Source of the DNA: Malacoraja senta
Taxonomy: Eukaryota
Assembly: GCA_038087875.1 (NCBI GenBank)
Contig: CM075996.1
Span: forward strand, 5,396,001-5,460,000
DNA length: 64,000 nt
Direction: 5' to 3'
Positions within the stretch are counted from its first letter, which is position 1; each line of letters begins with the position of its first letter. A model generated the notes under the pieces. That model was given only the letters and a program-made list of their open reading frames with translations. It did not search any database and was not told the DNA's origin. Position numbers and translations under genes: made by a program. Of this stretch, positions 11,956 through 23,694 are shown one piece after another.

Positions 11956-14900
11956 ACAAATCTGGATGAAGACCAGGTATGAGGAGTGGGATGATCGTAG
12001 CCATGTCCCTCCGTGGTTCAATAACATGCCAACTGGCAGGGTTCAGCTGTGCAGAACAATCACTTCACTGGTCTTCCACCTGTGGAACTGATTTTGCCAA
12101 AGATCGAAGGACAGGCAGTGAGATAACTATTTCAGTAAAATGCAATGGAGGATTTATGTCGAAGGACAGACGAGCATTCATGCAGCGCCATCTTATATTT
12201 CTCTGAAACATCCTACGGCACCACGCAGCAAATTACTTAGAAACTCAGTGGCTGCTACATGGGCAAATGTAGCTGTCACTGTGCACAGAAGATTTAATAA
12301 GCAGTTAATCTGTTTTTGGCAAAGTTATCGATGGAATTTAGCCAGCCTACCAACTGAGCACATTACTCATCCACAAAGCAATGGCACTAAGTCAATTTTT
12401 ATATAAAGAAATGGAACAGGTCAATGGGCTTTAATGCTCAACACCTCACATGAAGGACAGCACCTCGAAGAGTGCAACAGCAGTACTGCACCAAGATGTT
12501 CCAAACCAGGAATCTGATTCAAAGTTGGTCAGCAACTTGTCACACCCATTCCCCATAACATACAGCTAAGACGGTCATTCACATCCCTTGTACCAGCCTC
12601 AACGCTTAATCAAGATATGTATAGGAAGGAACTGCAGATGCTTGTTTAATTTGCCCCAGTGCACAAATTATCCCATCATGAGGTGGACACAAAATGCTGG
12701 AGTAATTCAGCGGGTCAGGCAGCATCTCTGGAGAGAAGGAATGGGTGACGTGTCGGGTCAACTGAAACGTCACGGATTCCTTCTCTCCAGAGATGCTGCC
12801 TGTCCTACTTAATCAAGATAAACTGAGACCCCTGGACTATCTTCAGTCAAGCTTTACTGAACTCTATCTTGCATTAAACATTTTCCCCCTTTATCATGTA
12901 TCTGTACACTGTGGACGGCTCGATTGTAATCATGTATAGTCCTTCCACTGACTGGTTGGCACGCAACAAAAGCTTTTCACTGCACCGCGGTTTATATGAC
13001 AATAATCTAAACTATGGCAGTCTGAAGCGTTGCCTATTCCTTCTCTCCATAGATGCTGCCTCATCCGCTGAGTTCCTCCAGCATTTTTGTCTATCTAAAA
13101 TAAGGCAGATGTTTCTTTCCCTGTGTTGGGAGAAGAAAGATGCTGAAGGAGGAAGAGCGAACCGAGATATAGCAGAAGGAATGGCGAAAGGGAAGAGGTA
13201 GATGTGTCTGGTGGTGGCACTGCTTTAGAGGTGGGAGAATTTACGGAAGGAAAGGGGGAACCGTATCCTTGCTCTGGGTGGGCAAGATCACATATGCGAG
13301 GTGAAACAGGAGGCGAAACCCCTACGTACACGGAGAGGAAACCACGGTTAAAACTAAAGGAAGATAAGTCAGAACCACTGGTGGAGAAGGTGTGCTAACA
13401 TAATAGTGATGACAGAGCCAGAGAAAATGGCAGAATGGAATCCTCACAGAAAGCAGGCTGGGTGGAGATGTAGTCAATGTAGCCACGGGAGTCCGTGGGC
13501 TTAAATAAAGGTCGATCACTGATCTATTTCCTGAGATGGTGACAGAAGTTGGGAAAGAGGCAGAATATGGACAGGCAGCAACATTTATACAACAAACAAT
13601 CAATCTGCTGGAGGAAAGCAGCAAGTCGAGTATCATCTGTGGGTGGAAAAGAATAATCAATGCTTCGGGTCAAAACCTGCATAAGGACTCATTTCTTTCC
13701 ACCCACAGATGTTACTCAACCCAATGATTTCCTCCAGCAGATTGTTTGTTGTTCCAGATTCCAGTTCTTATGTGACGAGCAGCATCTGTACAGTTATCAA
13801 TGCACTAGGGGAGAAACAAAGACAAGGCGAGGGTCTGAGTTGGACCAATCCATTGATTTGGACCCATGTGGCCTCCTATGGCTGTGCATTCGAGTTGGAA
13901 GAAGTGAATGGAGTTGAAGAAATAGTCATTTCATGTTGGAACGGGTTCAACTACACTTGGGAGAATGGCGGTGCAGAAGAGAGATTGGGGCCTGAGGAAT
14001 GGGCAAGCTAGGGGCAGCACTGATTCATTAGAAATGTGGAAGGCCATTCTGGTGCGCGATATGGATGCACAGGGATTGGACATCCGTGGTGAAAATAAGT
14101 CAGATGGGACAAGAAAACTGCAAACAATTAAAGTGGCAGAGGACATCAGAAACATAGAAAAATCGGTGCAGGAGTAGGCCATTCGGCCCTTTGAGCCAGC
14201 ACCACCATTTGCATTGTGGTGTTTTCAAGAGAGAGTTAGATTTAGCTCCGAGGGCTAAAGGAATCAAAGGATTTGGGGGAAAAGCAGGAACGGAATACTG
14301 ATTTTCGATGATCATGGCTGATCCTGCTTCCCCCCCTTTTCCTTTGATTCTTTTAGCCCCCAGAGCTAAATCTAACTCTCTCTTGAAAACACCACAATGC
14401 AAATAGGAGAAAAGACAACAGAAGACAGAATAGTGTCAGAGTGTCACAGAGAAATACAGCAAGAAAACAGGCCCCTTGGTTCACCAAGTTCAAGCTATCA
14501 ATACAATACAATACCGTTTATTGTCATTTGAACCTCAAATGAAGTTCAAACGAAATTTGGTTTCTGCTACCCACTTACACCAATTCCTCATTAATCATAG
14601 TTTTTGTATTCTACTCACATTCCTATCAACACCCCCGACCCTCCACCCAATTCTGCCTCACAGTTAGAGGATGAAATCCACACAGTGAGGGAGAGAAAGT
14701 GCACACAGACAACACCAAAGGTCAAGATTGTGTCCGAGTCTCTGCGGCTGTGTGTCGTTCTACCAGCTGTACTACGATATCGCGTTACAGAATCGAGGTA
14801 GAAATACATGTGTTATGTGATATAAGAACAGGCTTAAACAATTATTCCACCCTGGCAATCCTTGATGAGGAGACATAATTGGATTTGCATAGTTGGGGCC

Positions 14901-15540
14901 AGAGGTAGGAGGCTACAGAGAGAAAAGGAATATAGGTTGATGACTGTCAAGACAATGATATTCAATGGATGGGAATACTACAGAGGGAAGTAAATAAATG
15001 TTTAACTTTATTATCAACTCGATTATATTATCCATAAAAAGGCTATATTCAGGGCTCTGCAAGCTAATTGTATACAGTCTTCCCCCTTAATTACGGACCT
15101 CTTTACAACGGATTTTGGTTAGATAGAGCGTCTCCATAGTAATCAGACACCAGTTTCTCTTTACGAACGCAGGCTGCTAGTTACACTGAGGGAGGTTATT
15201 GACATTGGCAAGCAATTGCTTCGATCGACACTTGTGCAATGATACTCTATTCAACAATGTAACAAACAGCCTTTAGTATTTTTAACTTGCAATAACAAAA
15301 ATACATTTTTTAGCTGTTGATTTGAAAGCAACCTGTTGTTTCACAGAGTGACCGCTAAGTAGTTGGAGCGCATCCCTTACTCAGTTATAGCGGACACCCG
15401 GCAATAATGGACAACACTTCCCCCCATTATGGCCAGTTATAACAAGGGTCAGCAGTATAACCTGTTCTGTACTGGCTGAGGACCTGGCACATTTCTAGTG
15501 AATCAGTGCTGCCTCCCTCCCACCCACTTTGTGTCCAATA

Positions 15541-17023
15541 CAGCGCCCTCCATAATGTTTGGGACAAAGACCCATCATTTATTTATTTGCCTCTGTACTC
15601 CACAATTTGAGATTTGTAATAGAAAAAACATCACATGTGGTTAAAGTGCACATTGTCAGATATTACTAAAGGGTATTTTTATACATTTTGGTTTCACCTT
15701 GTAGAAATTACAGCTGTGTTTATATATAGTCCGCCCATTTCAGGGCACCATAATGTTTGGGACACATGGCTTCACAGTTGTTTGTAGTTGTTCAGGTGTG
15801 TTTAAATGCCTCCTTAATTTAGGTATAAGAGAGCTCTCAGCACCTAGTCTTTCCTCCAGTCTTTCCATCACCTTTGGAAACTTTTATTGCTGTTTATCAA
15901 CATGAGGACCAAAGTTGTGCCAATGAAAGTCAAAGAAGCCATTATAATACTGAGAAACAAGAATAAAACTGTTAAAGACATCAGCCAAACCTTAGGCTTA
16001 CCAAAATCAACTGTTTAGAACATCATTAAAAAAGAAAGAGAGCACTGGTGAGCTTACTAATCGCAAATGGACTGGCAGGCCAAGGAAAACCTCCACAGCT
16101 GATGAGAGAAGAATTCTCTCTATAATAAAGAAGAGTCAGGTGTGGATTTGTCAATGACCACTGTCCGCAGAAGACTTCATGAACAGAAATACAGAGGCTA
16201 CACTGCAAGATGCAAGCCACTAATTAGCCGCAAAAATAGGATGGCCAGGTTACAGTTTGCCAAAAAGTACTTAAAAGAGCAACCACAGTTCTGGAAAAAG
16301 TCTTGTGGACAGATGAGACTAAGATTAACTTATATCAGATTGATAGCAAGAGCAAAGTATGGAGGAGAGAAGGAACTGCCCAAGATCCAAAGCATACCAC
16401 CTCATCTGTGAAACACGGTGGTGGGGGTGTTTTGGCCTGGGCATGTATGGCTGCTGAAGGTACTGGCTCACTTATCTTCATTGATGATACAACTGCTGAT
16501 GGTAGTAGCATAATGAATTTGGAAGTGTATAGACACATCCTATCTGCTCAAGTTCAAACAAATACCTCAAAACTCATTGGCCGGCGGTTCATTCAACAGC
16601 AAGACAATGATCCCAAACATACTGCTAAAGCAACAAAGGAGTTCTTCAAAACTAAAAAATGGTCAATTCTTGAGTGGCCAAGTCAATCACCCGATCTGAA
16701 CCCAATTGGGCATGCCTTTTATATGCTGGAGAGAAAACTGAAGGGGACTAGCCCACAAATCAAGCATAAGCTAAAGATGGCTGCAATACAGGCCTGGCAG
16801 AGCATCACCAGAGAAGAAACCCAGCAACTGGTGATGTCCATGAATCGCAGACTTCAAGCAGTCATTGCATGAAACCAAAATGTATAAAAATGGCCTTTAT
16901 TAAAATCTGACAATGTGCACTTTAACCACATGTGAATTTTTCTATTACAAATCTCAAATTGTGGAGTACAGAGGCAAATAAATAAATGACGGGTCTTTGT
17001 CCCAAACATTATGGGGGGCACTG
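15541..17023 (+). mobile_element. Tc1-family DNA transposon relic with IR-DR-type ends and a defective transposase
   Basis: TA flanks and long TIRs (CAGCGCCCTCCATAATGTTTGGGACAAAGAC / reverse complement). The DR CATAATGTTTGGGACA repeats near 15749. ORF pieces contain WTDETK, QQDNDPKH and SPDLNPIG (catalytic E replaced by G), with a stop and frameshifts. Confidence 0.95.
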
Positions 17024-17301
17024 TAGGTTTATGATGAAGGCGAAAAGATTTAATAGGAATCTAATGAGTAACCATTTTCACATAAAGGGTGGCGGGTGTT
17101 TGGAACAACTGCCAGAGGAGGTTGAGGCTGCGACTATCCCAACATTTAAGAAACAGTTAGACAGGTATATCGATAGGATGAGTTTGGCGGGATATGGGCC
17201 AAATGCGGGCAGGTGGGACTGGTGTAGCTGGGACATGTTGGCCGGTGTGGGCAAGTTCGGCCGAAGGGCTTGTTTCTACGCTGTATCACTCTATGACTAT
17301 A

Positions 17302-17715
17302 TCTATCTATCTATATTTAAAACTGTGTGTGTGTGTGTGTGTTTCTGCCTGTGTGTGTGTGTTTCTGCCTGTCTTGTGGGTGCCAGCCTTCTTTTGATTC
17401 GTTGCTACGCCAACACCACACGCAGAAACGCCGAGATTTTTTCCATTTCGGTAGAGATTTCACTTTTCATTCCAAGTATCCACTCCTGATTAAATTTCGG
17501 CGTGTTCATGTAGACATTTTTAATAAAATCCTTCTCCCCCCCCCCCCCCCCACGCACTCATTATGTCTCCTCCTGCTGGCCAGCCACCATAACGGCTGCT
17601 GCCGACCGGCTCTGCTCCAAAAACAACTCAATTTTTATTTTTTCGCTAGTGATTTTCGCCCCAGGGTCTGGAGCACGTTGGTGGTCCAGACCCAACGGGT
17701 CTGCACTTGGTCTAG
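17302..17715 (+). mobile_element. Non-autonomous Helitron-like element
   Basis: A|TC 5' end, subterminal hairpin CAGACCC-AAC-GGGTCTG (17687-17703), CTAG|T 3' end, no TSD. Confidence 0.7.
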
Positions 17716-18068
17716 TATTTTTCTAAAAAGATGTAACTAACAAGACATCTTTCTGGCTGTTTTCTGTACCACTCGTTCATATAAATGCTGAGCATAATAA
17801 ACGGATCTGCTCCAACTCAATAGTTGATTCACCAGTGATTGTCAAAAACATTCCAGTAGGTTTATGCCAGAGAGGAGACTTTGAACGTTGAGCAGCACCT
17901 TCCAATGTTGTCAGCACTTTATGCTCTCCTGCAGTTTCAAATACATGCTAAAACCATAAAGAACCTGTGAATATTTGCTGACTTTTCTAATTAGGAGAAA
18001 ACATGCAGGGAACCTATAGCTTGAAAAAGAGATGGTTAGGAAAATAATCAAGAGGCAAAAGTACTTAC

Positions 18069-18092
18069 ATTTTTCACACAATCGCCCAATAG
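18069..18092 (-). CDS. PHF5A: PHF5A coding exon 2 (24-nt micro-exon, (A)IGRLCEK(C))
   Basis: ttttgcag|CTATTGGGCGATTGTGTGAAAAAT|gtaagt. Phase 1-1, continues exon 1 in frame to give GVAIGRLCEKC. Confidence 0.93.
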
Positions 18093-18235
18093 CTGCAAAA
18101 GAAATAGAAACTCAAGTTAGATTAACATTGCCACTTACTTTCCCCCCCGAAAAAGTGATGATCTTTGGAAGATAGACACAAAATGCTGGAGTAACTTAGT
18201 GGGACAGGCAGCATCTCTGGGAGAAGGAATGGGGT

Positions 18236-18263
18236 CTGAAGAAGGGTCTCGACCCGAAATGTC
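18236..18263 (+). ncRNA. Minimal hammerhead-ribozyme-like motif with a long stem I
   Basis: GGAATGGGGT-CTGAAGA-A-GGGT(CTCG)ACCC-GAAA-TG-TC-ACCCATTCC. Confidence 0.6.
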
Positions 18264-20129
18264 ACCCATTCCTTCCCTCCAGAGATGCTGCCTGTCCCGC
18301 TGAGTTACTCCAGTATTTTGTGTCTATCTTCGATTTAAACCAGCATCTGCAGTTCCACCCTGCACGTGATGATTTTTGGCACAGGGTATAAGTGACCATA
18401 GATTCAATAAGCCAACAGAGATGTGGGAGAAGTAGAGAAATTGCTTTTGCTGCTACTCAACATTGAAGAGTGTATATTTGTAACAATGACATTCTTACTT
18501 GCTGCAACTTTACAGGCACAGTAGGTGCAACAATGATAAATATACATTAAATTAAGTTAGTTCAAGTAATCTATACCATAACAGTGCAAAAGCCAAAGTA
18601 TACACAGTGACCATAGTAGTACAACGTCTGTAATGGTTCAATGCTGATTTATTTACTTATTGTGATATTTTCCCCAAGTTGAGGAATCTCACTTCATTTT
18701 GCATAATAACACAGCATTTTAAACTAGCAAAGGACCATACTTTAGATTTTAGAAATACAGCGCGGAAACAGGCCCTTCGACCCAAGTGTCTGCACCGACC
18801 AGTACGACAGTCACCGCGTACACTGACACTATCCCACACACTAGGGACAATTTTACAACTTACAACCAAAGCCAATTAACCTATAAACCTGTACGTCTTC
18901 GGAATGTGGGAGGAAAACGGAGTACCCGGGGAAAACCCGCGCGGTCACGGGGAGAGCGTACAAACTTCGTACAGACAGCACCGGCAGTCCAGATCAATCC
19001 CGAGTCTCTGGCACGGTAAGGCACCAACTCTACCGTTGCAGCACTCTAACAACAATCTAACAACAATATCTAACAATACTCATGGGCAACATCTATCAAT
19101 CACCCTTTTCCTAATGCGTTCACTTCCCAAGCCACTTCTTAAGATGGAAGTGGAAAGAAATTGAACTGTAGACACAGTCATCCATTGCACATTCCTGGTG
19201 TTCAGTTCAGAGCCTTCTGAATAGGATTTTGCAGCACTAAAGGTGATGAAACTATTCGCATTTAATGTAATTATTCCATCAAACCAACAGCAATTTCAGG
19301 ATTTCAAAACACGGTTAACATTAAAATTTCTTAATGTTATCCCTGCCAAGTTGGCTTGATGACAGTGTTACTGGCTCTCCGTATGAATCCTCTTTGAACA
19401 GATGCCTGACAAAGGCAGGCATTAATAAAAGGGAAGCTCGTCACAGAGTTCAAGGTTTCAAGGTCAGTTTATTGTCACATGTACCGATTTAGGTACAGTG
19501 AAATTTGAGTTACCATTGTTTGGGGGTTACTTGCAGGATGGATGCCATATACATAGTTAGTCTGTTACATTCCAGCTGACTGCAAAATCTGTGCCACTCA
19601 GACATCTCAAAACACATGGTAAAATTGAAGTGGGCTGGTCCTTGAAAAAGAACTGAAAATTGATTTTTAGCTTCAGAAACAAACTAGAATGATATTGGTT
19701 ATGTTTAAGAAGGAACTGCAGATGCTGGAAAATCGAAGGTAGACAAAAATGCTGGAGAAACTCAGCGGGTGAGGCAGCATCTATGGAGCGAAGGAAATAG
19801 GCGACGTTTCGGGTCAAGACCCTTCTTCAGTCTGAGAATTATATTGGTAGGACTTTTGAAATCAGCTGAGTTCTTGACGAAACAGTAGTTAACTTTTGTG
19901 TGTACTGCAGATGCTGATTTATACCAAAGATAGACACAAAATGCTGGAGTAACTTAGTTCGTCGGGCAGCATCTCTGGAGAAAAAGAATAGGTGACGTTT
20001 CAAGTTGGGTCTAAGAAAGGTTCAGACCCAAAATGACAGCTATTCTTTTTCTCCCGAGATGCTTCCTGACTCGCTAAGCTACTCCAATATGTTGTGTCTA
20101 TCTTCGTAGTTTTTACTTTTGGCTTTTCA

Positions 20130-20737
20130 GCAACAGCAAGAGATGCAACACTTGTCCCTTCATCTACCCCCTCGACTCCATTCAAGGACCCAAGCAGTCG
20201 TTCCAGGTGCGACAGAGGTTCACCTGCATCTCCTCCAACCTCATCTATTGCATCCGCTGCTCTAGATGTCAGCTGATCTACATCGGTGAGACCAAGCGTA
20301 GGCTTGGCGATCGTTTCGCCGAACACCTCCGCTCGGTCCGCAATAACCAACCTGACCTCCCGATGGCTCAGCACTTCAACTCCCCCTCCCATTCCGTATC
20401 CGACCTCTCTGTCCTGGGTCTCCTCCATGGCCAGAGCGAGCAACACCGGAAATTGGAGGAACAGCACCTCATATTCCGCTTGGGGAGTCTGCATCCTGGG
20501 GGCATGAACATTGAATTCTCCCAATTTTGTTGGCCCTTGCTGTCTCCTCCCCTTCCTCAGCCCTCGGGCTGTCTCCTCCCATCCCTCAGCCCTCGGGCTC
20601 CTCCTCCGCCTTTTTCCTTTCTTCTCCCCACCCCCCATCAGTCTGAAGAAGGGTTTCGGCCCGAAACTTTGCCTATTTCCTTCGCTCCATAGATGCTGCT
20701 GCACCCACTGAGTTTCTCCAGCATTTTTGTGTACCTT
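20130..20737 (+). mobile_element. Penelope-like retroelement 3' portion: GIY-YIG endonuclease domain + pseudo-LTR
   Basis: In-frame KRCNTCP...NLIYCIRCSRCQLIYIGET...RFAEH...HFN...LEEQHLIFRLGSLHPGGMN, followed by the terminal repeat that recurs across the window. Confidence 0.9.
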
Positions 20738-21170
20738 CTTTACTCTGCCTTACTGGTTAGTTAGGTGCTGCGGTCAACAAGGTTGCCACTTATACACCAT
20801 CAGAGCTGTTTCCATGGCTCAGATTCTACAGTGGACTCTGCCAGCCAATGCCACCCCTAAACACATTGTTAATCCCATTATATTTTTATTTACTTTCCTT
20901 TTGACACAGATAACCATTCTGCCCATCAAGTCTATGTCTCTGAGATTTCCAATTTATTTCCTATGAGCTATTCACTCTCACTTGCTCATTAACTCGCCAC
21001 TGGTTTTCTGATCACCCACCTACATATGGGGCTATTTACTGAAGTCAATTAACCTATCAATCAGATGGACGCTCATGGGAAGAACCTAATGGTCACAGGG
21101 AGAACATGCAAACTCCACACAAGCACCATCCGAAGGTCGGGATTGAACCTGGGTCTCTGGAGTTGTGAGT

Positions 21171-22302
21171 TAGACAATAGACAATAGGTGCAGGAGTAGG
21201 CCATTCGGCCCTTCGAGCCAGCACCGCCATTCAATGTGATCATGGCTGATCATCCCCAATCAGTACCCCGTTCCTGCCTTTTCCCCATATCCCCTGACTC
21301 CGCTATCTTTAAGAGCCCTATCCAGCTCGCTCTTGAAAGCATCCAGAGAACCTGCCTCCACCGCCCTCTGAGGCAGAGAATTCCACAGACTCACAACTGT
21401 CTGTGAGAAAAAGTGTTTCCTCGTCTCCGTTCTAAATGGCTTACCCCTTATTCTTAAACTGTGGCCTCTGGTTCTGGACTCCCCCATCATCGGGAACATG
21501 TTTCCTGCCTCCAGCGTGTCCAAACCCTTAACAATCTTATATGTTTCAATCAGATTCCCTCTCATCCTTCTAAACTCCAGAGTGTACAAGCCCAGCTGCT
21601 TCATTCTCTCATCATATGACAGTCCCGCCATCCCGGGAATTAACCTTGTAAACCTACGCTGCACTCCCTCAATAACAAGAATGTCCTTCCTAAAATTAGG
21701 GGACCAAAACTGCACACAATACTCCAGGTGTGGTCTCACTAGGGCTCTGGACAACTGCAGAAGATCCTCTTTGCTCCTATACTCGACTCCTCTTGTTATA
21801 AAGGCCAACATGCCATTCGCTTTCTTCACTGCCTGCTGTACCTGCATGCTTACTTTCATAGACTGATGAACAAGGACCCCCAGATCCCACTGTACATCCC
21901 CTTTTCCCAACTTGACGCCATTTAGATAGTAATCTGCCTTCCTGTATTTGCTACCAAAGTGGATAACCTCACATTTCTCCACATTAAACGTCACCTGCCA
22001 TGCATCCGCCCACTCCCCCAACTTGTCCAAGTCACCCTGCATTCTCATAGCATCCTCCTCACAGTTCACACTGCCACCCAGCTTTGTGTCATCTGCAAAT
22101 TTACTAATGTTACTTTGAATCCCTTCATCCAAATCATTGATGTATACTGTAAATAGCTGCGGTCCCAGCACCGAGCCTTGTGGTACCCCACTAGTCACTG
22201 CCTGCCATTCTGAAAGGGACCGTTAATCCCCACTCTCTGTTTCTTGTCTGCCAACCAATTTTCTATCCATGTCAGCACTCCACCCCCAATACCATGTGCC
22301 CT
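21171..22302 (-). mobile_element. CR1 LINE 3' fragment (RT C-terminal half + 3' UTR)
   Basis: 312-aa ORF with GVPQGSVLGP and FADD, followed by a (CTATTGT)-type tail. Confidence 0.93.
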
Positions 22303-23694
22303 AGAATGTTACTCATTCTATCTCTTGAATTTAACTCTTTGATCCATGTTTGGTCTAAAGCTGCAATGTGGTTTGGTGGGAAGTCAGCATTCCCTCAGCA
22401 TGTATAGGAAGGGGCGGCAGATGCTGGTTTATACCGATGATAAACACAAAGTTCTGGAGCAACTCAGGCAGCATCTCTGCAGCAAGGAACAGGTGACGTT
22501 TCAGGTCAGACTGAGTGTGAGGAAGGGCTTCGATACAAAACATCACCTGTACCTTTTCCCCCAGAGATGCCACCTGACCCACTGAGTTGCTCCAGCACCT
22601 TGTGTCTGCATTCCCTCAGCATGACTCTACTCATGGAGGTAGTTGATGGGGGAACTGCAACTCAAACCTAAGCGGCCTCAAGGCAAAGAGTAGAGTGGGG
22701 CTGTGGGAGAAGGAGTTAAGAATACCAGGGGGGTGAAGAGAGAGATGTGAAGATGTGATTTTGGATGATCAGCCATGATCATATTGAATGGTGGTGCTGG
22801 CTCGAACGGCCGAATGGCCTACTCCTACACCTATTTTCTGTGTTTCTAAGTGGGTGGAGAGGTCCCGATCCTTGTTCCCATCCTCACAGTAACCCCCACG
22901 TTTCCCTCTCATACTTCAACTCGGACAACTTACAACCCAGTAGCATGGTAATTATATTTCTCTAACCTCACGTCACCCCTGCATTCCCTTTCTCTCAATC
23001 CCTCCTCCCCCACCCAAGTCACACCTGACCAGGTCCCCGTTCTCACCCAGTAAACAGCTAACAAAGGTCTGTTTCAATCATAGATCACTCCTTCTAAATG
23101 CAATGGGCTGACGTGTAGTACGCAACGGAACGGGGGCATTTTTTTCATCCATTTCCGTAACCCGACCCGAATCCCAGTGTACTACACGTCAGCCCATTGC
23201 ATTTGGGCTGACGAGTAGTACACTGGGATTCGGGTCGGGTGTACACCGACCCGAAACGCCACCATGCCCGATTCCTTCTCTCCAGAGCCCCACCCCCATG
23301 AACTGTCTCCCTCGGATGGTCACGTGGCACATCGACCCAGCACAGACCTATTTGCACTTTTTTTAGAGGGAACTGCAGATGCTGGAAAATCGAAGGTACA
23401 CAAAAGTGCTCGAGAAACTCAACGGGTGCAGCAGCATCTATGGAGCGAAGGAGATAGGCAACGTTTCGGGCCGAAACCCTTCTTCAGAATATTTACACTT
23501 TACTGTTTTACTGATTTTTAAAAAAAATCATGTTTCTCTGGGTATCTAAATTTTTAGTTGTTTAAGTTATGACATCGGATGGAAGCTGCATACCAAACCT
23601 CGTTGCACCTATGTGCAATGACAATAAAATGTATTATTATTATTATTAGATGCTGCCTGTCCCCTGCTGAGTTACGCCGGCATTTTGTGTCTTA

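Noticed and set aside
14041..14070. CTGGTGCGCGATATGGATG resembling PHF5A exon 3 (LVRICDE)
   Set aside because: Wrong strand, frame broken and no flanking similarity.
20000..20704. 234-aa minus-strand ORF
   Set aside because: Antisense shadow of the Penelope GIY-YIG frame.
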